From NCBI GenBank assembly GCA_943788175.1, contig CALSPG010000007.1, positions 128,001 through 192,000 of the forward strand: a DNA stretch of 64,000 bases. The letters run 5' to 3'. The notes beneath the pieces are model-generated. The model worked only from the letters and a program-made list of their open reading frames with translations. It searched no databases and had not been told where the DNA came from. Below, piece by piece: positions 51,200-59,642 of this stretch; position 1 is the stretch's first letter; each line of letters opens with the position of its first letter. Source of the stretch: an uncultured bacterium. Its GTDB lineage: Bacteria; Fidelibacterota; Marinisomatia; Marinisomatales; UBA1611. Made by a program: the position numbers and the translations under genes.

Positions 51200-51352
51200 A
51201 TGTCGGAAAAAAGAACGCACAGTGACGATAGAAGAAATGATAATAGAAGATTAGAGGATCGCAGGAAAGAATCCATGTCAGTAGAAGAAGAGAGAAGAGA
51301 GAGTAATAGAAGAGCTGACGAACGCCGGTCTAGAGAAGAGCGACGCTCGTAA
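51200..51352 (+). CDS. Small 50-aa (D/E/N)RR-repeat protein, not in the supplied ORF track
   Basis: Hand translation: MSEKRTHSDDRRNDNRRLEDRRKESMSVEEERRESNRRADERRSREERRS*; AAGG upstream; fills an otherwise empty spacer. Confidence 0.7.
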   Translation: MSEKRTHSDDRRNDNRRLEDRRKESMSVEEERRESNRRADERRSREERRS

Positions 51353-51367
51353 CAACTTAATTCCCTT

Positions 51368-52042
51368 TTAGCAGTATACTCTTTCCATACCAGATAAAAA
51401 GTTATTTAGCGAAGATAAAGCTAAATCAATAGATTCTAGAGCTTCTTCTTTTTTCAAATCAGTATCACAAACCTCACCCAACAATTCTTTAATTATTTGT
51501 CTATGAATAATATCAGCAGACTTGTGCACTTCAAAAAACTTTAGTGTTTCATCGCCTTCTACTGCGCCATAATATCTTTTTAATCCATCAATTTTATTTT
51601 CAGCTATTTCAGGTATCATAGACTCATAGCAATAAAGCGCACTAAACCCTTTATGATACTTCTCGTCTTTCGATAATTTCATAAAATTAGTTACTAGCTC
51701 TTCAGTCTCTTTGATAGCAGTGGTCTTTTTTACGCTATCCCTATCTTTGCCCATGCCTTCAGCAAAACGCATCCATAATTCAGGATGGTTTTCTTCACCA
51801 CGTTCTTCATCAATAAGATTTTCAAGAATCTCTTGTCTTACATTAATATTATCACAATTTGAATGAATTGATGATAGGTATCTTGGGAAGGCAGCTACAT
51901 GCTTAAAATATTGAGCTGCATATTCTTGGATCACAGATTTTTTTAATTCTCCAGCATTCCAGGCCTTATAGAATGAATGATTAAGCAGGTGATGTTTTTC
52001 AATTTTTCTTTCAATCGTATTTAGAAAGTCAGATTTGTTCAT
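51368..52042 (-). CDS. CADD/CT610-family heme-oxygenase-like dimetal oxidase (putative self-sacrificing pABA synthase)
   Basis: HLLNHSFY.AW..GEL, EYA.QY, FPRYLS.IHS.C, NLIDEE...NH..LW, YE..IP.IA..KI.GL, FF.VH..AD..H. Confidence 0.88.
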   Translation of the reverse strand: MNKSDFLNTIERKIEKHHLLNHSFYKAWNAGELKKSVIQEYAAQYFKHVAAFPRYLSSIHSNCDNINVRQEILENLIDEERGEENHPELWMRFAEGMGKDRDSVKKTTAIKETEELVTNFMKLSKDEKYHKGFSALYCYESMIPEIAENKIDGLKRYYGAVEGDETLKFFEVHKSADIIHRQIIKELLGEVCDTDLKKEEALESIDLALSSLNNFLSGMERVYC

Positions 52043-52075
52043 AGTTTAATTTACTCCGAAGTTTAGTTTATTGAT

Positions 52076-53356
52076 TTAACCAAGCCATATTCCGGCACAG
52101 AAAAATAACCCCGTTAAGAAGTGTAATCCAATAGTTCCTGCATTAGCTGGTTGTAATAATCTGTTATCATAATGTTTGTAGAGGGTTTTTATTGTGAAAA
52201 TACTGTATACAGATGTTATTAGTGAAATTAGTGATAGTGTAGGAAATGTAGTTGGTCTTGTCCAAGCTAAAGCTATGATGCTAACAAATGCACCAACAAC
52301 AAGTGCGACATAGCCTATTCTAGCTTTTTCTGGTCCAAAAACTACTACCAGATTATTTTTCCCTGTTGCTTTATCACCATCATGATCTGGGAATTGATTT
52401 ACAAAAACGATTGCTGCAACTAAAAGTCCAATCGGAATTCCAGCAAGAATAGCATCGTTTATGTGTATCATTTCTCCGCCAGTCTGGACTAAAAAACTCC
52501 CTGCAACCATTAATGGTCCAAAGTTTAGCCCAATCAATAGCTCGCCCAGACCTTTTCGTGATGCAAATCGGAATGGTGGTGCAGTATAAAAGAAACCTGA
52601 TAAAAATCCAATTATTCCTAAGTAAAGAATGCTAATCCCAGCTTTATATATAAGTGGTATTCCTATTAAGGCACTAAGAGCAAATGTTACTATAGCAACG
52701 TTCAGCATGCCTTTGGGTGTTATCAGACCCATTTGAATGCTTCTGCTTCCACCAGAAAACGGAATCATATAATTATAGTTTGCTTCATCAGTACCACTAA
52801 TATGATCATAATAGTCATTAGATGTATTGGTACCAATATGTAGAAAAAACCCTCCTAACATTGTCAGTGTAAAATAAAACCAATCAATATCTACGAATTT
52901 ACTTGCGACTGCAGCTCCTAATAATATGGGAACGATAGTTGCTGTCAAAAATGGTAACCTCATTATTACCATCCAACTAAATAGTTTTGTTGCAAAACTT
53001 ATTTTTGGTCGAACATCCGCTGGCGTTTTATCATGAAGAGGAGATGTGACACCGCAATATCCAATATGGTTTCCACCACTGTCTTTTGTTGGCGTTATTT
53101 TTATTTTACATGGCATTTCATGACCATCTTTGTGTAGAAAAACTGTGTTTCCTTCCCAGGCGCCTTTTTCAACTGATTCAGCTAACCAATTTACAACATG
53201 ACCCAAAACTATTTGACCAGCACTAAAATCACTAACGCGGCCTTTACCAATTATTTCATCTTCTGTGTATCCGAACATATCTTGTGCGCCAGAACTAAAT
53301 GTCTCAATTTTTCCATCTAAATCACACGTGATTACACTTTTTAAATTTTTACTCAT
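52076..53356 (-). CDS. menA: MenA-family (DHNA) prenyltransferase with an N-terminal PAS domain
   Basis: Residues 1-105 PAS-like (DLDGKI..FS.GA..MFGY...EIIGK...HKDG); then RLPFL, NDYYD..SGTD, GGSR, YTAPP...GLGE, NQFPD..GD..TGK. Confidence 0.82.
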   Translation of the reverse strand: MSKNLKSVITCDLDGKIETFSSGAQDMFGYTEDEIIGKGRVSDFSAGQIVLGHVVNWLAESVEKGAWEGNTVFLHKDGHEMPCKIKITPTKDSGGNHIGYCGVTSPLHDKTPADVRPKISFATKLFSWMVIMRLPFLTATIVPILLGAAVASKFVDIDWFYFTLTMLGGFFLHIGTNTSNDYYDHISGTDEANYNYMIPFSGGSRSIQMGLITPKGMLNVAIVTFALSALIGIPLIYKAGISILYLGIIGFLSGFFYTAPPFRFASRKGLGELLIGLNFGPLMVAGSFLVQTGGEMIHINDAILAGIPIGLLVAAIVFVNQFPDHDGDKATGKNNLVVVFGPEKARIGYVALVVGAFVSIIALAWTRPTTFPTLSLISLITSVYSIFTIKTLYKHYDNRLLQPANAGTIGLHFLTGLFFCAGIWLG

Positions 53357-53444
53357 ATCTTAACTATTCCTTCTATTATACGAATTTATAATAATATAAA
53401 TTTAGCTATCATAAATTTCTAAGAACGAAACAAATTTTAAAAAA

Positions 53445-54752
53445 ATGGGCACACCTGCAAAAAAAATAGCTTTTCATACATTGGGATGTAAGCTCAATTT
53501 TTCTGAAACCTCTTCTCTATCCAGAGACTCCTTAAGATATGGTTATGAGAATGTAAATTCAAAAGAATTTGCAGATATATATGTTTTCAACACTTGTTCT
53601 GTAACAGAAAATGCAAATAAGGAAACAAAAAAATTAATAAGAAGAAGTAAACGCATTAACCCTAAGGCTTTCATTGCTTTGATAGGGTGTTATGCCCAAT
53701 TAAAGCCAGAAGAACTAATAAATATTGATGATGTAAATATGGTTTTAGGTACTGCTGAAAAATTTGAGTTATTAAATCATTTAGACAAAGTAAAGATTTC
53801 AAATGATATAAAGGTTGTAATGAATAAAGATATAACTGAGATTAACTCATTCAATCCTTCGTTCTCGGGAGATGACAGAACTAGGGCTTTTTTAAAAGTT
53901 CAAGATGGCTGTGATTATAGCTGTACGTTTTGTACAATTCCTATGGCTAGAGGAAAAAGTAGAAGCGCTTCAATCAGCCAAACAGTTAATCTTGCAAAGA
54001 CAATAACAAAATCTAAAACAAAAGAAATAGTTCTTACTGGAGTAAACATAGGAGATTTTGGTGTATATAATAATGAATCATTTTTTGAACTAATAAAAGA
54101 AATAGATTTACAAGTAGACATCGATAGAGTTCGAATTTCATCTATTGAGCCAAACCTACTGTCAAATGGAATAATTGAATTTTGTTTTAATTCAGAAAAA
54201 TTTATGCCACATTTTCATATTCCACTGCAATCAGGATCAGATAAAATTCTTAAATCAATGAAGAGAAGATATAAAGTTGAAGACTTTAAAAGCCGTATTA
54301 ATACAATTAAAAATTTAGATAGTGATGCCTGCATAGGCGTAGATGTAATTGTTGGTTACCCATCAGAAACTGAAGAAGATTTTATCGAAACATATGAGTT
54401 TTTAAAAAATCAAGATGTTTCTTATTTACATGTTTTCACCTATTCTGAAAGAGAAAATACTAAAGCCATAGATTTTAAACCTGCAGTACCTTTTAAAGAA
54501 AGATTTAACAGATCTAAATTATTACGTGAGCTTTCAGATCAAAAAAAAGCTCAATTTTATAAAAAATCGGTTGGGGATATTAGGCCCTTACTTGTTGAAA
54601 ATAATAAAAATGGTATCTTATTTGGATATACTGATAACTATGTAAAAATAAAGATTAATGCAGCAAGTTCTATTGAAAACACTATTCAAATGGTAAATAT
54701 TTTAGATTTTAGAGGAGAATACATGTTTGGTGAAATTATAGCCGCAGGTTAA
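53445..54752 (+). CDS. mtaB: tRNA t6A37 methylthiotransferase
   Basis: HTLGCKLNFSE, NTCSVT, GCYAQ, KVQDGCDYSCTFC radical SAM motif, RISSIEP, HVFTYSER. Confidence 0.92.
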   Translation: MGTPAKKIAFHTLGCKLNFSETSSLSRDSLRYGYENVNSKEFADIYVFNTCSVTENANKETKKLIRRSKRINPKAFIALIGCYAQLKPEELINIDDVNMVLGTAEKFELLNHLDKVKISNDIKVVMNKDITEINSFNPSFSGDDRTRAFLKVQDGCDYSCTFCTIPMARGKSRSASISQTVNLAKTITKSKTKEIVLTGVNIGDFGVYNNESFFELIKEIDLQVDIDRVRISSIEPNLLSNGIIEFCFNSEKFMPHFHIPLQSGSDKILKSMKRRYKVEDFKSRINTIKNLDSDACIGVDVIVGYPSETEEDFIETYEFLKNQDVSYLHVFTYSERENTKAIDFKPAVPFKERFNRSKLLRELSDQKKAQFYKKSVGDIRPLLVENNKNGILFGYTDNYVKIKINAASSIENTIQMVNILDFRGEYMFGEIIAAG

Positions 54753-55531
54753 TTTTTTTCAATTTCAGATAAAATTTCATTCCAGAACTTAATTCTGGAT
54801 TTCATTACATCTTTACCACATTTAATGCATTCCTTCCATTTTATTTCATCATCCCCGCAAATCTCTTTAATCATCTTTAATGCTAATGGTGTATGCTCAT
54901 CTTCGTCTAAACCAATGTGCCTATCCAAGTAGTAGATAAATGACTTAAGGTTTGCACTAGAATTATTATTTAAATCAGAGACTAATTCTCGAAACATATC
55001 AGGAATTATTTCCTCCCTACCCAAAGTAAAAATTGTTGCTGTTAAGTGGGGTAAACCTGATTCTATATATTTAAAAGTATCTAGAACAAAATTTTCAGCT
55101 GGTTTAGGTGCATTGGAAGTTATCAAAGAAGAGTGTACACCCTTAGAATCAAGTCCTTTTAAAAAGTTTTCTATGCTTGTTGTATTTGCACCGGCTTCTT
55201 TCATAGCATGATAATATATTTCAAAATGACTTAGGTGTTGTCCATAACGATCAATATCTGATTCCTCTGCAAGAACTATTTCATTTAATAGCCTTGATAA
55301 GTTGCCATTACTTTTCGGTCTCCAAGGTATTTCTATGCAGGTAAATTCTCTTTGAAGTGATTTAAGCACTGACATAAAGTCCCACACAGCGTAAACATGA
55401 TTTTGCATAAAAATGTGTAAGTGTTTTTCTGTTTTTATAGCACTATATAAAGGGTGCGTTTTTAGTGCAGTTCTTTCTTGTTGGGTTTCATCAAGAATGT
55501 TTAACAGATTGTTTTTCAGTAGTCTGAACAT
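54749..55531 (-). CDS. DUF3050 family heme-oxygenase-like protein
   Basis: HPLY, FM.NHVYAVWDFMS, NEIVLAEESD, SHFE.Y, GRE..IP.MF, YLDRHI.LD...H. Confidence 0.85.
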   Translation of the reverse strand: MFRLLKNNLLNILDETQQERTALKTHPLYSAIKTEKHLHIFMQNHVYAVWDFMSVLKSLQREFTCIEIPWRPKSNGNLSRLLNEIVLAEESDIDRYGQHLSHFEIYYHAMKEAGANTTSIENFLKGLDSKGVHSSLITSNAPKPAENFVLDTFKYIESGLPHLTATIFTLGREEIIPDMFRELVSDLNNNSSANLKSFIYYLDRHIGLDEDEHTPLALKMIKEICGDDEIKWKECIKCGKDVMKSRIKFWNEILSEIEKN

Positions 55532-58350
55532 TATTTTTTATATTCATCGATTGAAGGGCACGTACAAACAAGGTTTCTATCTCCATATGCATTATCTATT
55601 CGCCCAACAGGCGGCCAATATTTATGGTCTTTTTGATATTCTGTTGGGTATGCTGCAACACTTCTTGAATATTTATGGGCCCAAGAATCTGAAGAAATAT
55701 AAAGAGCTGTATGAGGAGCATTTTTTAATGGATTATCAGACAAGTTAGCATTTTCAATGATCTCTTTTTTTATTGATATTAACGCATCGCAAAATTGATC
55801 GAGCTCATTTTTAGATTCACTTTCTGTTGGTTCAATCATCATCGTTCCAGGAACCGGCCATGACATCGTCGGTGCATGGTAACCATAATCCATTAATCGC
55901 TTCGCAACATCTTCTTCGCTTATTCCAAATTCTTTTTTTATAGGTCTAATATCAATAATAAATTCATGAGCATTGTATCCGTCTTTCTCTCTAAATAATA
56001 TTTCATAATGCGGGCTAAGTTTTTCAGCCATGTAATTAGCATTCAATATTGCAACTTTTGTTGCCTTTATTAGGCCCTTGGTATTTAGTAGGGCAATATA
56101 AGTCCAAGAGATGAGCAAAATACTGCTACTCCCAAAAGGAGCGGAAGAGACAGGGCTAATAGCATTGTTATCTTTGCTTTTTAGATAAGGATGGGTTGGT
56201 AAAAATTTAGAAAGGTGTTCTTTGCAGACAATTGGTCCCATACCAGGACCGCCACCACCATGAGGTATGCAAAAGGTTTTGTGGAGATTAATATGCATTA
56301 CATCTCCTCCGAACTCGCCAGGTTTACAAATACCTACCATCGCATTTAAGTTTGCACCATCTATATAAACTTGCCCACCATGAAGATGAACTATTTCACA
56401 TGCTTCTCTAATTTCACTTTCAAAGATACCATGCGTAGATGGATAGGTTAACATAATGCAGGATAAATTTTTTGAGTGCAATTCTGCTTTTTCTTTGAGA
56501 TTTTGTAAATCAATATTTCCATTTTCATCACATGATATTATCTCTACTGACATACCTGCCATTATTGCACTAGCGGGGTTTGTACCGTGGGCTGAATCTG
56601 GGACTAAGCAGATGTTTCGATGTTTGTTACCACAACTATTGTGGTAAGCTCTTATCACAAGAAGTCCTGTGTATTCTCCTTGTGCTCCAGAATTTGGTTG
56701 TAGAGAACAGTCATCAAAACCAGTCAATTTTGATAACCAACTTTTCAAATCTTTAAATAATGTTAGATATCCTTTAACTTGTTCCAATGGTGCAAAAGGA
56801 TGGATATCACTAAACTCTGGCCATGTTACGGGGACCATTTCCGTTGTCGCATTTAATTTCATAGTGCAAGAGCCAAGAGGAATCATGCTCGTATTAAGCG
56901 ATAAATCTTTAGTTTCCAATTTATGAATATATCTTAACATTTCTGTTTCTGAATGGTATTTGTTAAAAACTTCATGTTCTAAATAATTAGAACCTCTTTT
57001 TAGTTGTTTAGGAAAATCATAATAAGAGGTCTCATTAGTTTTTAAAACACCAAATATTTTACAAATTTTATCGATGTCTTTCTGATTTGTAGTTTCATCA
57101 ATAGAAATACCGACGCTTCGATCTTGATACGTTCTAAAATTATAATTTTCATTATGAGCTAATTTTTCCCAATCATTACTGGGCTTAAATCGGATAGTAT
57201 CAAAAAAGTTATTATAGAAGACTTTAATTCCTCCATCTTTTAGCGATGATGATAGCTGCTGACATAAATTTTTGACATTATTTGCTATAGCCCTAATATT
57301 ATTAGGTCCGTGATATACAGCATACATTGATGACATAATTGCCAACAAGACTTGGGATGTGCAAATATTTGAAGTTGCTTTTTCTCTCCTAATATGTTGC
57401 TCTCTAGTCTGTAATGCCATTCGCAAAGCTCTGTTGCCATATTTATCGGTTGAAACACCTATTATTCTTCCTGGGATTTTTCTTTTAAATTTTTCTGTTG
57501 TTGAAAAGAAAGCCGCATGAGGACCACCAAAACCAAAAGGGACACCAAATCTTTGTGCGTTTCCAACACAGGCATCAGCGCCAAGTTCTCCTGGCGTTTT
57601 TAATATGCTCAGTGCGAGTAGGTCGCTAGCAAGACATGTAAAAATTTTATGGTTTTTTGCATCGGCGATTAAGTTTGAGTAATCAGTAATATTCCCATCA
57701 GTGGAAGGATACTGAAGTAGCATGCCAAAAATAGAGTTATCAAAAATAAATTCAGTTTCATTATCAATAATTAATTTTATGCCCAAAGGTTCAGCTCTAG
57801 TTTTAAGGACTTCTATTGTTTGAGGATGGCACCCAGTTGAAATTAAAAACTTATTTTTTTCTTGTGCATTTGTGGCATTATAGAACATTGCCATTGCCTC
57901 GGCAGCTGCGGTCCCTTCATCAAGGAGAGATGCATTAGAAATTGGCAAACCAGTTGAACTAGAAACTAGGGTTTGAAAATTTAGCAATGCTTCTAAACGG
58001 CCTTGGCTTATTTCTGCTTGATATGGAGTATACTGAGTATACCAACCAGGATTTTCAAAAATATTTCTTTTAATAACGTTAGGAATAATTGTACCATAAT
58101 AGCCTTGGCCTATAAAAGATTTTAAAACGGTATTTTCTTGAGCATACTTTTTTAGTTTTTTTAAAACTTCGTTTTCTGAATAGTTAGTATCAATCAACTC
58201 CTCATTAAGTGGCGAATATATATCTTTTGGCACTGTTTTCTCAATTAGGTCATCAATGCTTTTGAGTTTCATTGATTTAAGCATGTCTTTAATATCGGAA
58301 TTGCTAGGACCGATATGTCTATTTAAAAAAGTAAATTTATTATTATCCAT
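55531..58350 (-). CDS. gcvP: Glycine dehydrogenase (decarboxylating), single-chain P protein
   Basis: RHIGP, WYTQYTPYQAEISQGRLE, LQTREQHIRREKATSNICT, NLHKTFCIPHGGGGPG PLP-Lys motif. Confidence 0.97.
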   Translation of the reverse strand: MDNNKFTFLNRHIGPSNSDIKDMLKSMKLKSIDDLIEKTVPKDIYSPLNEELIDTNYSENEVLKKLKKYAQENTVLKSFIGQGYYGTIIPNVIKRNIFENPGWYTQYTPYQAEISQGRLEALLNFQTLVSSSTGLPISNASLLDEGTAAAEAMAMFYNATNAQEKNKFLISTGCHPQTIEVLKTRAEPLGIKLIIDNETEFIFDNSIFGMLLQYPSTDGNITDYSNLIADAKNHKIFTCLASDLLALSILKTPGELGADACVGNAQRFGVPFGFGGPHAAFFSTTEKFKRKIPGRIIGVSTDKYGNRALRMALQTREQHIRREKATSNICTSQVLLAIMSSMYAVYHGPNNIRAIANNVKNLCQQLSSSLKDGGIKVFYNNFFDTIRFKPSNDWEKLAHNENYNFRTYQDRSVGISIDETTNQKDIDKICKIFGVLKTNETSYYDFPKQLKRGSNYLEHEVFNKYHSETEMLRYIHKLETKDLSLNTSMIPLGSCTMKLNATTEMVPVTWPEFSDIHPFAPLEQVKGYLTLFKDLKSWLSKLTGFDDCSLQPNSGAQGEYTGLLVIRAYHNSCGNKHRNICLVPDSAHGTNPASAIMAGMSVEIISCDENGNIDLQNLKEKAELHSKNLSCIMLTYPSTHGIFESEIREACEIVHLHGGQVYIDGANLNAMVGICKPGEFGGDVMHINLHKTFCIPHGGGGPGMGPIVCKEHLSKFLPTHPYLKSKDNNAISPVSSAPFGSSSILLISWTYIALLNTKGLIKATKVAILNANYMAEKLSPHYEILFREKDGYNAHEFIIDIRPIKKEFGISEEDVAKRLMDYGYHAPTMSWPVPGTMMIEPTESESKNELDQFCDALISIKKEIIENANLSDNPLKNAPHTALYISSDSWAHKYSRSVAAYPTEYQKDHKYWPPVGRIDNAYGDRNLVCTCPSIDEYKK

Positions 58351-58558
58351 AAGTTTTTTTGTATAATGATTTGTATTTCAAAGGTCAAATTTATGTCAAT
58401 ATATGTTTTAATTTCGAAACATATAATCTTGAAATTATAATTAAAAATATAGTTTTTAATTAGATAACTTATGAAGAAGAATTATATAGAATAAACTCTC
58501 TTATTGTATTTTAATGAAAAGTGTCAATGAAAAATAAAATTTTAAACAAGGGGAAAGA

Positions 58559-59260
58559 ATGCCAATAACTAGACTTGTTGAATTACAAGATATCGATTCT
58601 CAATTAGAAGACTTGAATAGCTTATTAGGAGATTTACCTAAGATGGTTGAGGAATTGAACGAAAAAGAAAATAGTATAAAAAATAAAATTGAAGTAGATA
58701 AAATAAACTTAAAAGACATCAACCTGAATACGAGTAAGTCTGAAACTGCAAATGTAGAGATACAAAGCAAAATAGATAAACTCACTGACCAGCTATTTTT
58801 GGTTACGAACAATAAACAATATGATGCATTAACGAACGAAATTGAGCACCTAAAAGCACAAAAAGAAGAACATGAAACGCTATTAATTACGTATTTAGAA
58901 GACAAAGAAACATTAGAAGAAAATGTAAAAAATAACGAGTCTTCTTTAGAAGAATTAAAAACTGATTTAGAGTCAAGACGAAATAAATTAGATAAAGCGC
59001 TATCAGAAACATCTGAAGAAAAAAAATCTCTGGAGAACTCTCGCCAAAAACAAATTGTAGAAATTGATGAAAAGATTATGTTTACTTATAACAAAGTAAT
59101 TTCAGCCAGGTCTGGTGTTGCTGTTGTCCCTCTTTCTGGAGGTGCTTGTGGTGGTTGTGGTGCCGCATTGCCCCCGCAAAGATCATCAGAAATTAGAGCT
59201 GGAGATTTACACAACTGTGATAGCTGTGGGCGGTTTGTCTATAGTAAAAAAATTAATTGA
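58559..59260 (+). CDS. Coiled-coil protein with a C4-type zinc ribbon (zf-RING_7/CT398-like)
   Basis: LVELQDID N-terminus, long coiled coil, CGGC...CDSCGR; lies directly upstream of rnpB. Confidence 0.88.
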   Translation: MPITRLVELQDIDSQLEDLNSLLGDLPKMVEELNEKENSIKNKIEVDKINLKDINLNTSKSETANVEIQSKIDKLTDQLFLVTNNKQYDALTNEIEHLKAQKEEHETLLITYLEDKETLEENVKNNESSLEELKTDLESRRNKLDKALSETSEEKKSLENSRQKQIVEIDEKIMFTYNKVISARSGVAVVPLSGGACGGCGAALPPQRSSEIRAGDLHNCDSCGRFVYSKKIN

Positions 59261-59615
59261 GTTAGTTGGATGATTGCTCCATCAAAAATAAATTTTAATG
59301 GAGAGGAAAGTCCGGGCACCGCAGAACATAAAGCCTTTTAACAAAAGGAATCCGTAAGGATATGGAAAGTGCAGCAGAAAATAAACCGCCTGTCAAAAGG
59401 CAAGGGTGAAAAGGTGGTGTAAGAGACCACCAGTCTTTCTTTAAATAGATTGAGCTTGTAAACCCCTTTAGGTGCAAGGTTGAATAGTTTCAAAGATGTT
59501 GTTCGCATCACTTGATGAACGGGTAAATCGCTTCAGCTTAATGGCAACATTAAGCGCAGACAAATGATCATCTATCCCTTTTTGGGTGGACAGGACTCGG
59601 CTTATAGACTAACTC
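59259..59615 (+). ncRNA. rnpB: RNase P RNA (type A)
   Basis: GAGGAAAGTCCGGGC, CAGAAA, GGGTGAAAAGGTGGTGTAAGAGACCAC, GTAAACCCC, ACTCGGCTTATAG; terminal helix GAGTTAGT/ACTAACTC. Confidence 0.95.
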
Positions 59616-59642
59616 AAAATTTAATTTAATGAGAGAGCATTT

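Noticed and set aside
51200-51352. AG-rich stretch as a CRISPR array or simple DNA repeat
   Set aside because: There are no identical direct repeats with spacers; the periodicity is at the amino-acid level.
51368-52042. Calling this gene pqqC or tenA
   Set aside because: No other pqq or thiamine-salvage genes are adjacent, and the residue pattern matches CADD/CT610 better.
58351-58558. Possible glycine riboswitch upstream of gcvP
   Set aside because: The spacer is extremely AT-rich, with no GGAGA...CCGAAG-type aptamer core or stable stems visible.
59295-59477. 60-aa minus-strand ORF
   Set aside because: It lies antisense within the RNase P RNA gene.
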